A DNA stretch of 64,000 nucleotides from Terriglobia bacterium (GTDB lineage: Bacteria; Acidobacteriota; Terriglobia; Acidiferrales; UBA7541): positions 3,424,001 through 3,488,000 of the forward strand of contig OY968796.1 of the NCBI GenBank assembly GCA_963695545.1, read 5' to 3'. The translations under genes were made by a program, and so were the position numbers. The notes below the pieces were generated by a model. That model was not told where the DNA came from. It did not search any database and saw only the letters and a list, made by a program, of their open reading frames with translations. Each line of letters opens with the position of its first letter. Within the stretch, counting starts at the first letter, position 1. Below are positions 18,414 to 26,986 of the stretch, one piece after another.

Positions 18414-18953
18414 ATGCTGCTCTATTTAGTCCGACATGGAATTGCCGTGGACCGCGCGCCGAGCGGCGCGGGGCGCGGCGCTTCGCACTCGTTGCATGCG
18501 GGGCACGACATGATGCCCGACGCCGAGCGGCCGCTGACGCTGCGCGGGCGCAAGCGCAGCCGCGCCGCGGCGGAAGGATTGCGCGCGCTGGACGCGAAGC
18601 CCGACGCGATGCTCTCGAGCCCGCTGGTGCGCGCGGAACAAACGGCCAAACTTTTCGCGCAGGTGTTCGACTTCCCTGCCGACGAAATTCGGATTACCGA
18701 CAGCCTTAAATCCAGCGGCGTGCCGGCCGATCTGCTTCGCGAAGTCGGGAAACTCGGGGCGCACGAAGTGATGTGCTTCGGCCACGAGCCGCATTTGAGC
18801 CACGTGATCGCGTACATCCTGCATTCGCGCAACAACGGAACGGAATTGCGGCGCGCGGGCGTGGCGTGTTTTGAGTTGAAAACTTTGTCGCCGCCTTCGG
18901 GAATGCTCGTCGGGCTCTACAGCGCGAAGGCATTGCGGCTGCTGGGCAAGTGA
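18414..18953 (+). CDS. sixA: SixA-like phosphohistidine phosphatase
   Basis: LYLVRHG, ERPLTLRG, SSPLVRAEQTA, GHEP; RBS AGGAG; 17 bp after ppx. Confidence 0.88.
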   Translation: MLLYLVRHGIAVDRAPSGAGRGASHSLHAGHDMMPDAERPLTLRGRKRSRAAAEGLRALDAKPDAMLSSPLVRAEQTAKLFAQVFDFPADEIRITDSLKSSGVPADLLREVGKLGAHEVMCFGHEPHLSHVIAYILHSRNNGTELRRAGVACFELKTLSPPSGMLVGLYSAKALRLLGK

Positions 18954-19015
18954 CGCATCTCCCTTCCCAACTCAGCTGACTGACGCTTCGAGCGCGAGTA
19001 ACAAGCACCAATCCC

Positions 19016-19429
19016 CTAAATTTGGCCAGGCACGCCGCCCCATTCTTCGGGATCAACGTCGGCGATCGACTGGGAAAACGTCCAGTGGTGGCCGGCAAAA
19101 TCCTCCGCGTTGTACTGGCGTTCTCCGTAGGGATAATTTTTCGGCGGACGCAGGATGCGCACTCCGAATTTCACGGCGCGGTCATAGTGGCGGTCGACGT
19201 CGTCCACACGCACCATAACGCTGCGGTGGGCGCGATCTGCATCCGCGGCTGATTGCTCTGTCAGCACGACAGCTCCGTCGCCCACGTTGAGCTGTGCGCG
19301 ATGGCTGCCCATTCCGATGCGCGAAGTGAAACCGAAGGCGTTGCAAAGCCACTTCGTCGCCTCGATCACGTCCGCGTAAGGAAGCTCCGGAATAACCGTG
19401 GATCGCGGCATGGAACGATTCGAGAGCAT
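19016..19429 (-). CDS. VOC/glyoxalase family protein
   Basis: VIPELPYADV…WLCNAFGF; V-x-VDDVD-x-HY; YGERQY-x-AED-x-x-GHHWTF. Confidence 0.88.
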   Translation of the reverse strand: MLSNRSMPRSTVIPELPYADVIEATKWLCNAFGFTSRIGMGSHRAQLNVGDGAVVLTEQSAADADRAHRSVMVRVDDVDRHYDRAVKFGVRILRPPKNYPYGERQYNAEDFAGHHWTFSQSIADVDPEEWGGVPGQI

Positions 19430-19458
19430 GTGCAGTCCACGGACGGCGAGAGAATGAG

Positions 19459-20319
19459 CTAGGCGGCGTCGTTGGTGGCGGCGCGCTCGGATTGCTGCTC
19501 CAGCTCGGTGATGACTGAGCGGAGGGCTTGGATCAATTCCTGGCGCGCGACGTGGCTGCGGAGGAATTGAACTCGGAGTTTGAAGGACTGATCTTCAGGC
19601 TCGAAATTGAAAAGATAGGGCTGAGGGCGCGGGCCGGATTGTTTTTCGTCGCGGCGCTCGCGGCGGGCTTCATCGCGCGTGAGGCCGCCTTGGAGGATGC
19701 GCGCCACGGCTTCGGTCATCTTGCGTTCGTTGGGCTGGCGCGCGACCTGGAGAAGGAGCGATTTTGAAACCACGCCGCGCTCGATGCAGCGGCGGCGCAA
19801 GCTTTCGGGGATCGTTCGCAGCGAAAGCGTTTCCGTGACGGACGAGCGGGCGCGGCCGATTTTCTGCGCGATATCGTCGTGCGTGTAATCGAAAACTTCG
19901 GCCAGGCGCTGCAGACCGTCGGCTTCTTCAAACGGCGTCAGATCTTTGCGCTGGAGATTTTCGATCAGCGCGATCTCGAGAGTTTCGGCGTCGTCGGCGA
20001 TTTTTTCGATGCAAGGCAGCTCGGTGAGGCCGGCGGCTTGCGAAGCGTGGAAGCGGCGCTCGCCGGAGATGATGTAGTAGGTATCGTCGCGCGGCATGTA
20101 GCGCACCAGCAGCGGCTCGAGAACGCCCTTTTCACGCACGGAGTCTGTGAGCTCGCGCAAATCGCCCAGGGCTTTGCGGGGCTGATCCGGGTTGGGCTGA
20201 ATCTTATCGATCGGAATCATGCGCCCGATCGCCGCGCCGCTAAAACTGGCTAGCGTTTCGACGTAATGGGCGTCATGCCGCATCTTCAGTGTGACGGGCA
20301 ACCCGATCCGCTTCGACAC
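19459..20319 (-). CDS. parB: ParB/RepB/Spo0J family partition protein
   Basis: PNPDQPRK, GVLEPLLVR, IISGERR (CTP-binding), IENLQRKDL, HTH. GTG start at 20319 overlaps the end of parA. Confidence 0.9.
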   Translation of the reverse strand: MSKRIGLPVTLKMRHDAHYVETLASFSGAAIGRMIPIDKIQPNPDQPRKALGDLRELTDSVREKGVLEPLLVRYMPRDDTYYIISGERRFHASQAAGLTELPCIEKIADDAETLEIALIENLQRKDLTPFEEADGLQRLAEVFDYTHDDIAQKIGRARSSVTETLSLRTIPESLRRRCIERGVVSKSLLLQVARQPNERKMTEAVARILQGGLTRDEARRERRDEKQSGPRPQPYLFNFEPEDQSFKLRVQFLRSHVARQELIQALRSVITELEQQSERAATNDAA

Positions 20320-21073
20320 GTTGGATGACCTCCTGAGCAAGCTTGGTGTACTCCTTGGCGCCGGGCGATTTGGGCGCGAAGGTGAGAATCGTTTCTTTGT
20401 ATGCGGGACTCTCTTCGAGGCGCACGTTCTTGCTGATGCGTGTTTTGAAAAGCGCGGGACCGAAGACGTTGCGAATCTGATCGTGCGTGTCGCGGGAGAT
20501 GTTCGTGCGCTTATCGAAAAGCGTGATGACCACGCCGAGGACCTTGAGGCTGGGATTGGGGCGCGCGCGAATGCGCTCGTAGGTTTCGAGCAAATCGTCG
20601 GTGCCTTCGATGGCGAAGTAGGCGGCTTGGATCGGCACCACGAGATGCGTCGAGGCGACGAGAGCATTTACGGTAAGGATGCCGAGAGCGGGCGGCGTGT
20701 CCAGAACGATGTAATCGAAATCTTTCAGGATCGGCGTCAGCACGTCCTTCAACTTGAACGGCGCGTCGAATTGACCGGAGAGCTGCTGTTCGAGCTTGGC
20801 CAGGCCGAGCTTGGCCGGCGCAACCGAGAGGTTCGCGTTCTTGGTGGAGCGAATCGCGGAGGACATCGCGGCGTGATGCTCGCCGAGAACGTCAAACATG
20901 GTGGTTTCGATTTCGGCGAGATCGAAAAAGGCGATGGTGGAGTTGGCTTGCGGGTCGAGATCGATCAGCAGAGTTCGCTTGCCGCTCTTCGCGATGGCCG
21001 CGGCCAAATTAATGGCCGTCGTGGTTTTTCCGACGCCGCCCTTCTGGTTGGCAATCGTGAGGATCGTGGTCAT
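20273..21073 (-). CDS. parA: ParA/Soj family ATPase
   Basis: NQKGGVGKTTT deviant Walker A, DLDPQAN, DTPP. Confidence 0.93.
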   Translation of the reverse strand: MTTILTIANQKGGVGKTTTAINLAAAIAKSGKRTLLIDLDPQANSTIAFFDLAEIETTMFDVLGEHHAAMSSAIRSTKNANLSVAPAKLGLAKLEQQLSGQFDAPFKLKDVLTPILKDFDYIVLDTPPALGILTVNALVASTHLVVPIQAAYFAIEGTDDLLETYERIRARPNPSLKVLGVVITLFDKRTNISRDTHDQIRNVFGPALFKTRISKNVRLEESPAYKETILTFAPKSPGAKEYTKLAQEVIQRVEADRVARHTEDAA

Positions 21074-21244
21074 ATTGTTCAAATAATGGCGACCCGCGCG
21101 GGAGGGTTTGCAACCCCATCCCTACAAATTGTGGTGCTGGAGGCACACGCCACCAGACACGCTCAATCTACCCGCCGTGGCGGGCCAGCGCAAGTGAAAA
21201 TATCCGCGGCTTGGGTAGTGGGAAGCCGCCGGAAACCATGCACG

Positions 21245-21730
21245 CTACATCTTATAGCGGCCGAGGTCCTCGTCGGAGAGATTTTCGAGCCAGCGGCGCA
21301 GTTCTTCGCTGGTGGTCTTCTCATTGACCGGGCTCGCGGCGCGGGAACTCTTCAGGACTTCGTCCTCGACGAAAATCGGGCAATCGACGCGCAGCGCGAG
21401 TGCCAGAGCATCGCTGGGGCGCGAATCGATGGACATGATGCGGCCGTCGCGTTCGATCCAGATCAGGGCATAGAAGGTGTCGTCGCGCAGATCGTTGACC
21501 ACGACTTTTTGCACGCGGACGTTCAGGCCGAGAAGGACGTTGCGCAGAAGATCGTGGGTCATGGGACGCGGCGTTTGAACTTTTTCGATTTCGAGCGCGA
21601 TGGCGTTCGCTTCGTAGATTCCGACCCACACGGGAAGAACGGCGCTGCCGTGCGCGTCCTTCAAGACCACGATGGGCATGTTGGTGACCGGGTCCATCAT
21701 CAGGCCGCGAATCTTCATCTCAACTTCCAT
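21245..21730 (-). CDS. Bifunctional nuclease (DUF151/BFN) family protein
   Basis: LPVWVGIYEANAI, PRPMTHDL, IDSRPSDALALALR. Confidence 0.92.
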   Translation of the reverse strand: MEVEMKIRGLMMDPVTNMPIVVLKDAHGSAVLPVWVGIYEANAIALEIEKVQTPRPMTHDLLRNVLLGLNVRVQKVVVNDLRDDTFYALIWIERDGRIMSIDSRPSDALALALRVDCPIFVEDEVLKSSRAASPVNEKTTSEELRRWLENLSDEDLGRYKM

Positions 21731-21751
21731 CGCGCCTCCCTGGGGAAATTG

Positions 21752-23170
21752 CTATCCCGATGTCGCACGGTCTCCGTTAAGATTGCTCGGTCCTGCTCCT
21801 ATGATGCTAATGGAAACGTATTGTCCCAAGAGGTTGGGCTCGGAGGAAGAGAAATTTACCATGCGATTGCTTGAAGTACGACCTAGCCACTGGCCGGGTT
21901 TGCGGGAGGAACCGTCGACAAGGACCTCGACGGTCTGGCCGATGAGCGATTGATTGCGCGCGATTTGAATCTCGCGCTGGTGGTCTTGCAGGATCGCGAG
22001 GCGCTTGGCGCGTTCTTGCTCGGGCACGACCCCGGACATGTGAAGCGCTTCGGTATTCGGGCGCGGAGAGAATTGGAAGGCGAAGACGCTGTCGTACTGC
22101 GCGACGTCGAGCAGGCTGAGCGTGTCGGCAAAATCCTCGCCGGATTCTCCGGGGAAGCCCACGATGATATCGGTTGTGACGCTGATGGGGCGGCGTGCGG
22201 CGCGGATGAGAGCGATCTTTTCCAGATACTCCTCGCGCGTGTAGGTGCGACGCATGGCTTGCAAGATGCGCGATGAGCCGGATTGCACGGGGAGATGAAC
22301 GTGTTCGCAGAGCGCGGGGACGGAATCGATGGCTTCGACGATGTCGCGGCCGAAATCGCGCGGGTGCGAGGTGGTGAAGCGCACGCGGCGAATTCCGGAG
22401 ACTTCCGTTGCGGCCACCAGAAGTTCGGCGAACGTCATTCGGCGGGGCGACGGATCGCGATATGAATTCACGGTCTGGCCGAGAAATTGGATTTCGGAAT
22501 AGCCGGCGTCGGCAAGGCGGCGCACTTCTTCGAGAACAGCGGCGCTTGTGCGGCTTCTCTCCGGGCCGCGCGTAAACGGCACGACGCAATAGGCGCACGC
22601 CTTGCTACAGCCTTCGATGATCGTGATGTAAGCGCGGAACGGATTGTCGCGGCGGGTTAATTCGGTCTCGAAAGTTTCGTCGGTGTCGGTATCGAGGCCC
22701 ATCACGCGGCGATCGCCGTTTTCGAGCTGTGCCAGAAGCTCGGGCAATTTGCGATAACTGGCCGAGCCGCACACGAGACTGACCCACGGGGCGCGCTCGA
22801 AGATTTCTTCGCCTTCCTGTTGGGCGACGCAGCCGAGCACGCCGATGATTTGGCCGTTGCCTTGGCGCTCGCGAAAAAGTCCCAGGCGCGAGAAAACTTT
22901 CTGCGCGGCTTTTTCGCGGATGCTGCAGGTGTTGTAAAAGACGATCTGCGCTTCATCTGGGCGCTCCACGGGTCGGTAGCCGCGGCCGGCAAGCACGCCT
23001 GCGACCTTCTCCGAGTCGTGCGCGTTCATTTGGCAGCCGAAGGTTTCAAGATAGAACGTTCCGGGGCGAATCGGGAGCGCGTCGTCGAGACGCGAATGCG
23101 CGGGCGCGGCCGCGGGCATCTCTGTCGCGGCGGCTAGAGTCTCGAGGCGGACGTCGAAGGAGGACGACAC
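21752..23170 (-). CDS. miaB: tRNA-2-methylthio-N6-dimethylallyladenosine synthase
   Basis: TFGCQMNAHDSE, NTCSIREKA, radical SAM CSKACAYC, C-terminal TRAM domain. Start uncertain (GTG 23170 or ATG 23119). Confidence 0.95.
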   Translation of the reverse strand: MSSSFDVRLETLAAATEMPAAAPAHSRLDDALPIRPGTFYLETFGCQMNAHDSEKVAGVLAGRGYRPVERPDEAQIVFYNTCSIREKAAQKVFSRLGLFRERQGNGQIIGVLGCVAQQEGEEIFERAPWVSLVCGSASYRKLPELLAQLENGDRRVMGLDTDTDETFETELTRRDNPFRAYITIIEGCSKACAYCVVPFTRGPERSRTSAAVLEEVRRLADAGYSEIQFLGQTVNSYRDPSPRRMTFAELLVAATEVSGIRRVRFTTSHPRDFGRDIVEAIDSVPALCEHVHLPVQSGSSRILQAMRRTYTREEYLEKIALIRAARRPISVTTDIIVGFPGESGEDFADTLSLLDVAQYDSVFAFQFSPRPNTEALHMSGVVPEQERAKRLAILQDHQREIQIARNQSLIGQTVEVLVDGSSRKPGQWLGRTSSNRMVNFSSSEPNLLGQYVSISIIGAGPSNLNGDRATSG

Positions 23171-23405
23171 GGTTTTGAAAGCTGATCGTATCACAGGTGA
23201 AGCGACCGAGCGGGCGCGCCGGGACGCCGCGTGGTTACTCGAACGCGACGCACGCTGCGGGATATGGCGCGCCGCGGACGCGTTCTGCGCGTCCGTTGTC
23301 GCCCCGTGCACACGCGCAAAAATATCCAGCCATAAGTATATCGTGTTACGATACGATATGTATCGGATGGGGGAGTGCGGAAAGCACACACGAATCGCTA
23401 AAACT

Positions 23406-23434
23406 TTGACCGGTCCGAACTCGTATGCTACGGT
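23406..23434 (+). promoter_or_regulatory. Putative sigma70 promoter of the tol-pal operon
   Basis: TTGACC-17 bp-TACGGT with extended TG, about 40 bp upstream of tolQ. Confidence 0.5.
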
Positions 23435-23475
23435 AGCTTGGTGCGTTGTGGGACGCACATTTTTCAGTGGGGGAC

Positions 23476-24159
23476 ATGATTCGACTTCTTGGAATGACTC
23501 TGCTCGCAGGGCCCCTGGCGAATTTGATCGAACAGACTGGCTGGGTCGCCCGCGTGGTCCTTCTGATGCTCCTGGGGTTTTCGCTTTTCTCCTGGGCGCT
23601 GATCTTTCAAAAATCCAGCCGCTTCAGCCGATTGCGCTCTCAAACGGCGTTGTTTCTTCGCGTTTTTCGCTCCAATCCCGGCTTGCCGGACCCGCGCTCG
23701 ATCGGCAACACCGGCTCTCCTCTCGAAGCGGTGTACGCCGCGGGCTACCGCGAACTCGAACTGCAAGTGAAGGCCGCTGGACCGAACGGAAAAATCATAA
23801 GCCCGAACGCAGTCACTGTGAGCATGCAATTAGCGTCGGCAGAAGAGATCCGCAAACTCGAGCGGTACATGCCCTGGCTTGCGACCACGGGATCGGTGAC
23901 GCCGTTCATCGGATTGTTCGGAACGGTGTGGGGCGTGATGGACGCTTTCACGGGGCTGGGCGCCACGGGCGCGGCGAGTTTGCGGGCGGTTGCGCCGGGA
24001 ATTGCCGAAGCGCTGATCACGACCGCTGCTGGTCTGTTTACCGCCGTACCGGCGGTGATCGCCTACAACCATTTTCTGCACAACATTCGGGATACGGCCA
24101 CGCGGATGGATAATTTTGCGTTGGAAGTCTCGGCGCGAATCGAAAAGTTGAATCCCTGA
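23476..24159 (+). CDS. tolQ: TolQ (MotA/TolQ/ExbB proton channel)
   Basis: LATTGSVTPFIGLFGTVWGVM, VAPGIAEALITTAAGL…PAVIAYN; first gene of the tol-pal cluster. Confidence 0.93.
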   Translation: MIRLLGMTLLAGPLANLIEQTGWVARVVLLMLLGFSLFSWALIFQKSSRFSRLRSQTALFLRVFRSNPGLPDPRSIGNTGSPLEAVYAAGYRELELQVKAAGPNGKIISPNAVTVSMQLASAEEIRKLERYMPWLATTGSVTPFIGLFGTVWGVMDAFTGLGATGAASLRAVAPGIAEALITTAAGLFTAVPAVIAYNHFLHNIRDTATRMDNFALEVSARIEKLNP

Positions 24160-24214
24160 GGATAGGACCCGGCGCGCGGAACGAAACAAGCCGCGCAGCC
24201 GGGGGAGACGCACG

Positions 24215-24637
24215 ATGCCGCAGACGGCGCGAGAAACAGCAACCTCACTCTCCGAAATCAACATCGTCCCTTTCGTGGATGTGATGCTTGTGCTGCTGGT
24301 GATTTTCATGATCACTGCGCCGATTCTGCAGTCAGGGATCGAAGTCGACGTTCCGAAAACCAAGACGGTGCAGGAAATCACCCAGGATCGCCTGGTGGTG
24401 TCAATCGACCGGGCGCAAACGATTTATATCGGAAACGAAGCGGTGAATATTCACGCGCTGGGTGCGAGACTGAAAGCGCAGATGGGCGATCGGCCGAACG
24501 ACGCGATATTCCTGCGCTGCGACGAAAGCGTGCCGTTCGGCAGCTTTGCGACGGTGATGGACGCGCTGCGACAAGCCGGCATATCGAACATCAGCATCGT
24601 GACTGAACCTTTGACGACGCGCTCGACTCCGCAGTGA
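24215..24637 (+). CDS. tolR: TolR (ExbD/TolR)
   Basis: SEINIVPFVDVMLVLLVIFMITAP. Confidence 0.93.
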   Translation: MPQTARETATSLSEINIVPFVDVMLVLLVIFMITAPILQSGIEVDVPKTKTVQEITQDRLVVSIDRAQTIYIGNEAVNIHALGARLKAQMGDRPNDAIFLRCDESVPFGSFATVMDALRQAGISNISIVTEPLTTRSTPQ

Positions 24638-25428
24638 ACATGGCTACGCGCGCGCTCCATCTCGGCGACGATGGTTTGAAGCAGCCGCTAGCGTGGTCGG
24701 CCGCGCTTCATGCCGCGCTGTTCGCCGCCGTAATTGCTTCGACCGTATTCACGCATCAGGGCGAATCGTGGGGTGGGCCGGGCGGAGATCAGGGAGTGAC
24801 GGTCGGATTGGTGCGCAATCTACCGGGGATTCCTTTGCCGCGGCCCGACGTGGTGACGACGAGCACCACGGTGGACACGACGAAGGGGCTGTATAAGCAA
24901 GAGCCGAAGCCGAAAGAAGACATGACCATAGCCACGCAGATTCCCCAATTCGAAAAAGAAAAGCCGCCGCATTATATTTCGCGGCCTTCGCGCCCGCTGC
25001 CGGACGAATCGACGCCCCCACCGAACGCGGTGCCGTACGGTCAGGGCGGAGCGCCAAGCGTTCCGTATTCATCCCCTATGCAAATGGCCGGAGCCACACA
25101 GGGGGGCATGCAGTTCGGCGGGCCGGGCGGCGATTTTTCGGGGCGCTTCCCGACCTATGTGGACGGCGTGCGCGCGCGGGTCAGCAGCAATTGGCTGCAA
25201 TCGACGGTGGATCCGACGGTGCGATGGGCGCCGCGTGTTGTGTACACATTTGAGATTTTGCACGACGGCACAATTGTGAATCCGCAACTGATGCAATCGA
25301 GCGGAAACGCGTCCGTGGACAATTCCGCGCTGCGAGCAATTATGGGCTCGAGTCCGCTGGGCCCGCTGCCTTCGGGATATTCGGGCTCGAACGTGACGGT
25401 GCAGTTCTGGTTTGATTTTCGCCGCTAA
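24634..25428 (+). CDS. tolA: TolA/TonB-like energy transducer
   Basis: TM helix with S-x3-H (SAALHA), Pro-rich linker, TonB_C-type end (SSGNASVDNSALRAI); sits between tolR and tolB. Confidence 0.75.
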   Translation: MNMATRALHLGDDGLKQPLAWSAALHAALFAAVIASTVFTHQGESWGGPGGDQGVTVGLVRNLPGIPLPRPDVVTTSTTVDTTKGLYKQEPKPKEDMTIATQIPQFEKEKPPHYISRPSRPLPDESTPPPNAVPYGQGGAPSVPYSSPMQMAGATQGGMQFGGPGGDFSGRFPTYVDGVRARVSSNWLQSTVDPTVRWAPRVVYTFEILHDGTIVNPQLMQSSGNASVDNSALRAIMGSSPLGPLPSGYSGSNVTVQFWFDFRR

Positions 25429-25451
25429 TTGGATAGTGCAGGGGGCCTGAG

Positions 25452-26831
25452 TTGACGAATCTGAGACGAGCGATAGGCTGGTGCAGGGAAATCCGTCGCA
25501 CAGCGATTTTCGTGGCGGCTTGTCTCGTCGTTTGTTGTGGCGCGCTCGCGGGGCGCCCCGCAGCGGCGCAAGATTGGTTTCAAACCGGCACCGGGTTGGG
25601 AGTCAGCAAGGCGCGATTGGCCGTGGCGGACTTTGCGGCGCGAAGTCCAGCGGTGGCCCCGCTGGCGACGGAATTCGGCGACGTGGTCCGCGCCGATCTT
25701 GAATACAGCGGCATCGTAGATCTGGTGAGCAAAAGTTATTCGCCCACGCAGTTGCCGTCCGTGCCGTCCGAAGTCCAGGCGCAGGCTTGGACCGACGCTC
25801 CCGCTTCAGCGCAGCTTCTGGCCTACGGCAATCTTTCGGCCTCCGGCAACAACATCGAGGTCGACGCATGGTTGAACGACGTGCGCGACGCTTCCCTGCC
25901 GCCGGCGATCGGAAAAGTTTATCGCGGCCCAGCAACCGATCAGCAGGTGCGCGCGTTCGCGCACGAATTCGCAGACGAAATCGTGGAGCGCCTTTCAGGC
26001 GGCTTGGCGGGGATCGCGTCAACGCAAATCGCCTTCGTCAGCAACCGCACCGGCAACAAGGAGATCTGGGTGATGGATTACGACGGCGCGAATCAGCGGC
26101 AGCTCACTTCGCTGCACTCGATCGCGCTGACGCCGCGATGGTCTCCCGACGCGACGCGCATCGCCTACACGTGCTATCCGCCGGCGGGAATGTATTTGAG
26201 CGCGCAGATTTGCATGTACTCGATGCTCACCGGCAAAGGCATCGCCTGGCCGCGCTATCGCGGCACGAACAGCTCGCCGGCGTGGTCGCCGGATGGCAGC
26301 AAGATTATGTTCATGTCCAGCATGCTGGGAAATCCCGAGTTGTGGGTTGCCAACGCAGACGGCACGCGGCCGAAGCGCTTGACCTACACCTCAGGAGCGA
26401 ACACTTCACCGGCGTGGAATCCGAAAACCGGAGATCAGGTGGCGTTCGTGAGCGATCGCGGCGGGCCACCGCAGCTTTATATGATGGATGCGGACGGCTC
26501 GAACACCTCGAAGGTCGATCTCGTGGACATGGGATACGTGATCGATCCGTCGTGGTCGCCGAACGGCGAGTTGCTGGCATTTTCATGGCGGCGGCCGGAC
26601 GACAACTACGACATCTACGTGATGGACATCGCCACTCATCAGCTTCTGAAATTGACGAGCGGCGACGCGCGCAACGAGCGTCCGTGCTGGGCGCCGGATG
26701 GGCGGCACATCGTTTTTGAATCGACGCGCACCGGCACGCGCCAGATCTGGACAATGCTGGCGGACGGCTCGGACGCGCGGGAACTTACAACGGCCGGGCA
26801 GAACGAATCGCCAAGTTGGTCGTCGAAATGA
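25452..26831 (+). CDS. tolB: TolB beta-propeller protein
   Basis: AHEFADEIV…GIASTQIAFVS, repeated P-x-WSPDG PD40 repeats. Confidence 0.95.
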   Translation: MTNLRRAIGWCREIRRTAIFVAACLVVCCGALAGRPAAAQDWFQTGTGLGVSKARLAVADFAARSPAVAPLATEFGDVVRADLEYSGIVDLVSKSYSPTQLPSVPSEVQAQAWTDAPASAQLLAYGNLSASGNNIEVDAWLNDVRDASLPPAIGKVYRGPATDQQVRAFAHEFADEIVERLSGGLAGIASTQIAFVSNRTGNKEIWVMDYDGANQRQLTSLHSIALTPRWSPDATRIAYTCYPPAGMYLSAQICMYSMLTGKGIAWPRYRGTNSSPAWSPDGSKIMFMSSMLGNPELWVANADGTRPKRLTYTSGANTSPAWNPKTGDQVAFVSDRGGPPQLYMMDADGSNTSKVDLVDMGYVIDPSWSPNGELLAFSWRRPDDNYDIYVMDIATHQLLKLTSGDARNERPCWAPDGRHIVFESTRTGTRQIWTMLADGSDARELTTAGQNESPSWSSK

Positions 26832-26986
26832 AGGATTTCTTACGCAGGTTCCGCAGTTCGGGCGTCGCGGGCGGAATGCTTTAGGGCTCGCAGCGCTTGC
26901 ATTCTACGGAGGTAGCCCAGCTCAGGAAGCACAGATGTTTGCTCTCTTACTTTCGTTTCTGGCAGACTTTCAAAGGAGGAAGTGAA

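Noticed and set aside
20291..21874. 527-aa plus-strand ORF (and similar long antisense ORFs at 12006-13001, 29902-31194, 47973-49166)
   Set aside because: Shadow frames opposite well-supported genes in GC-rich DNA; no motifs.
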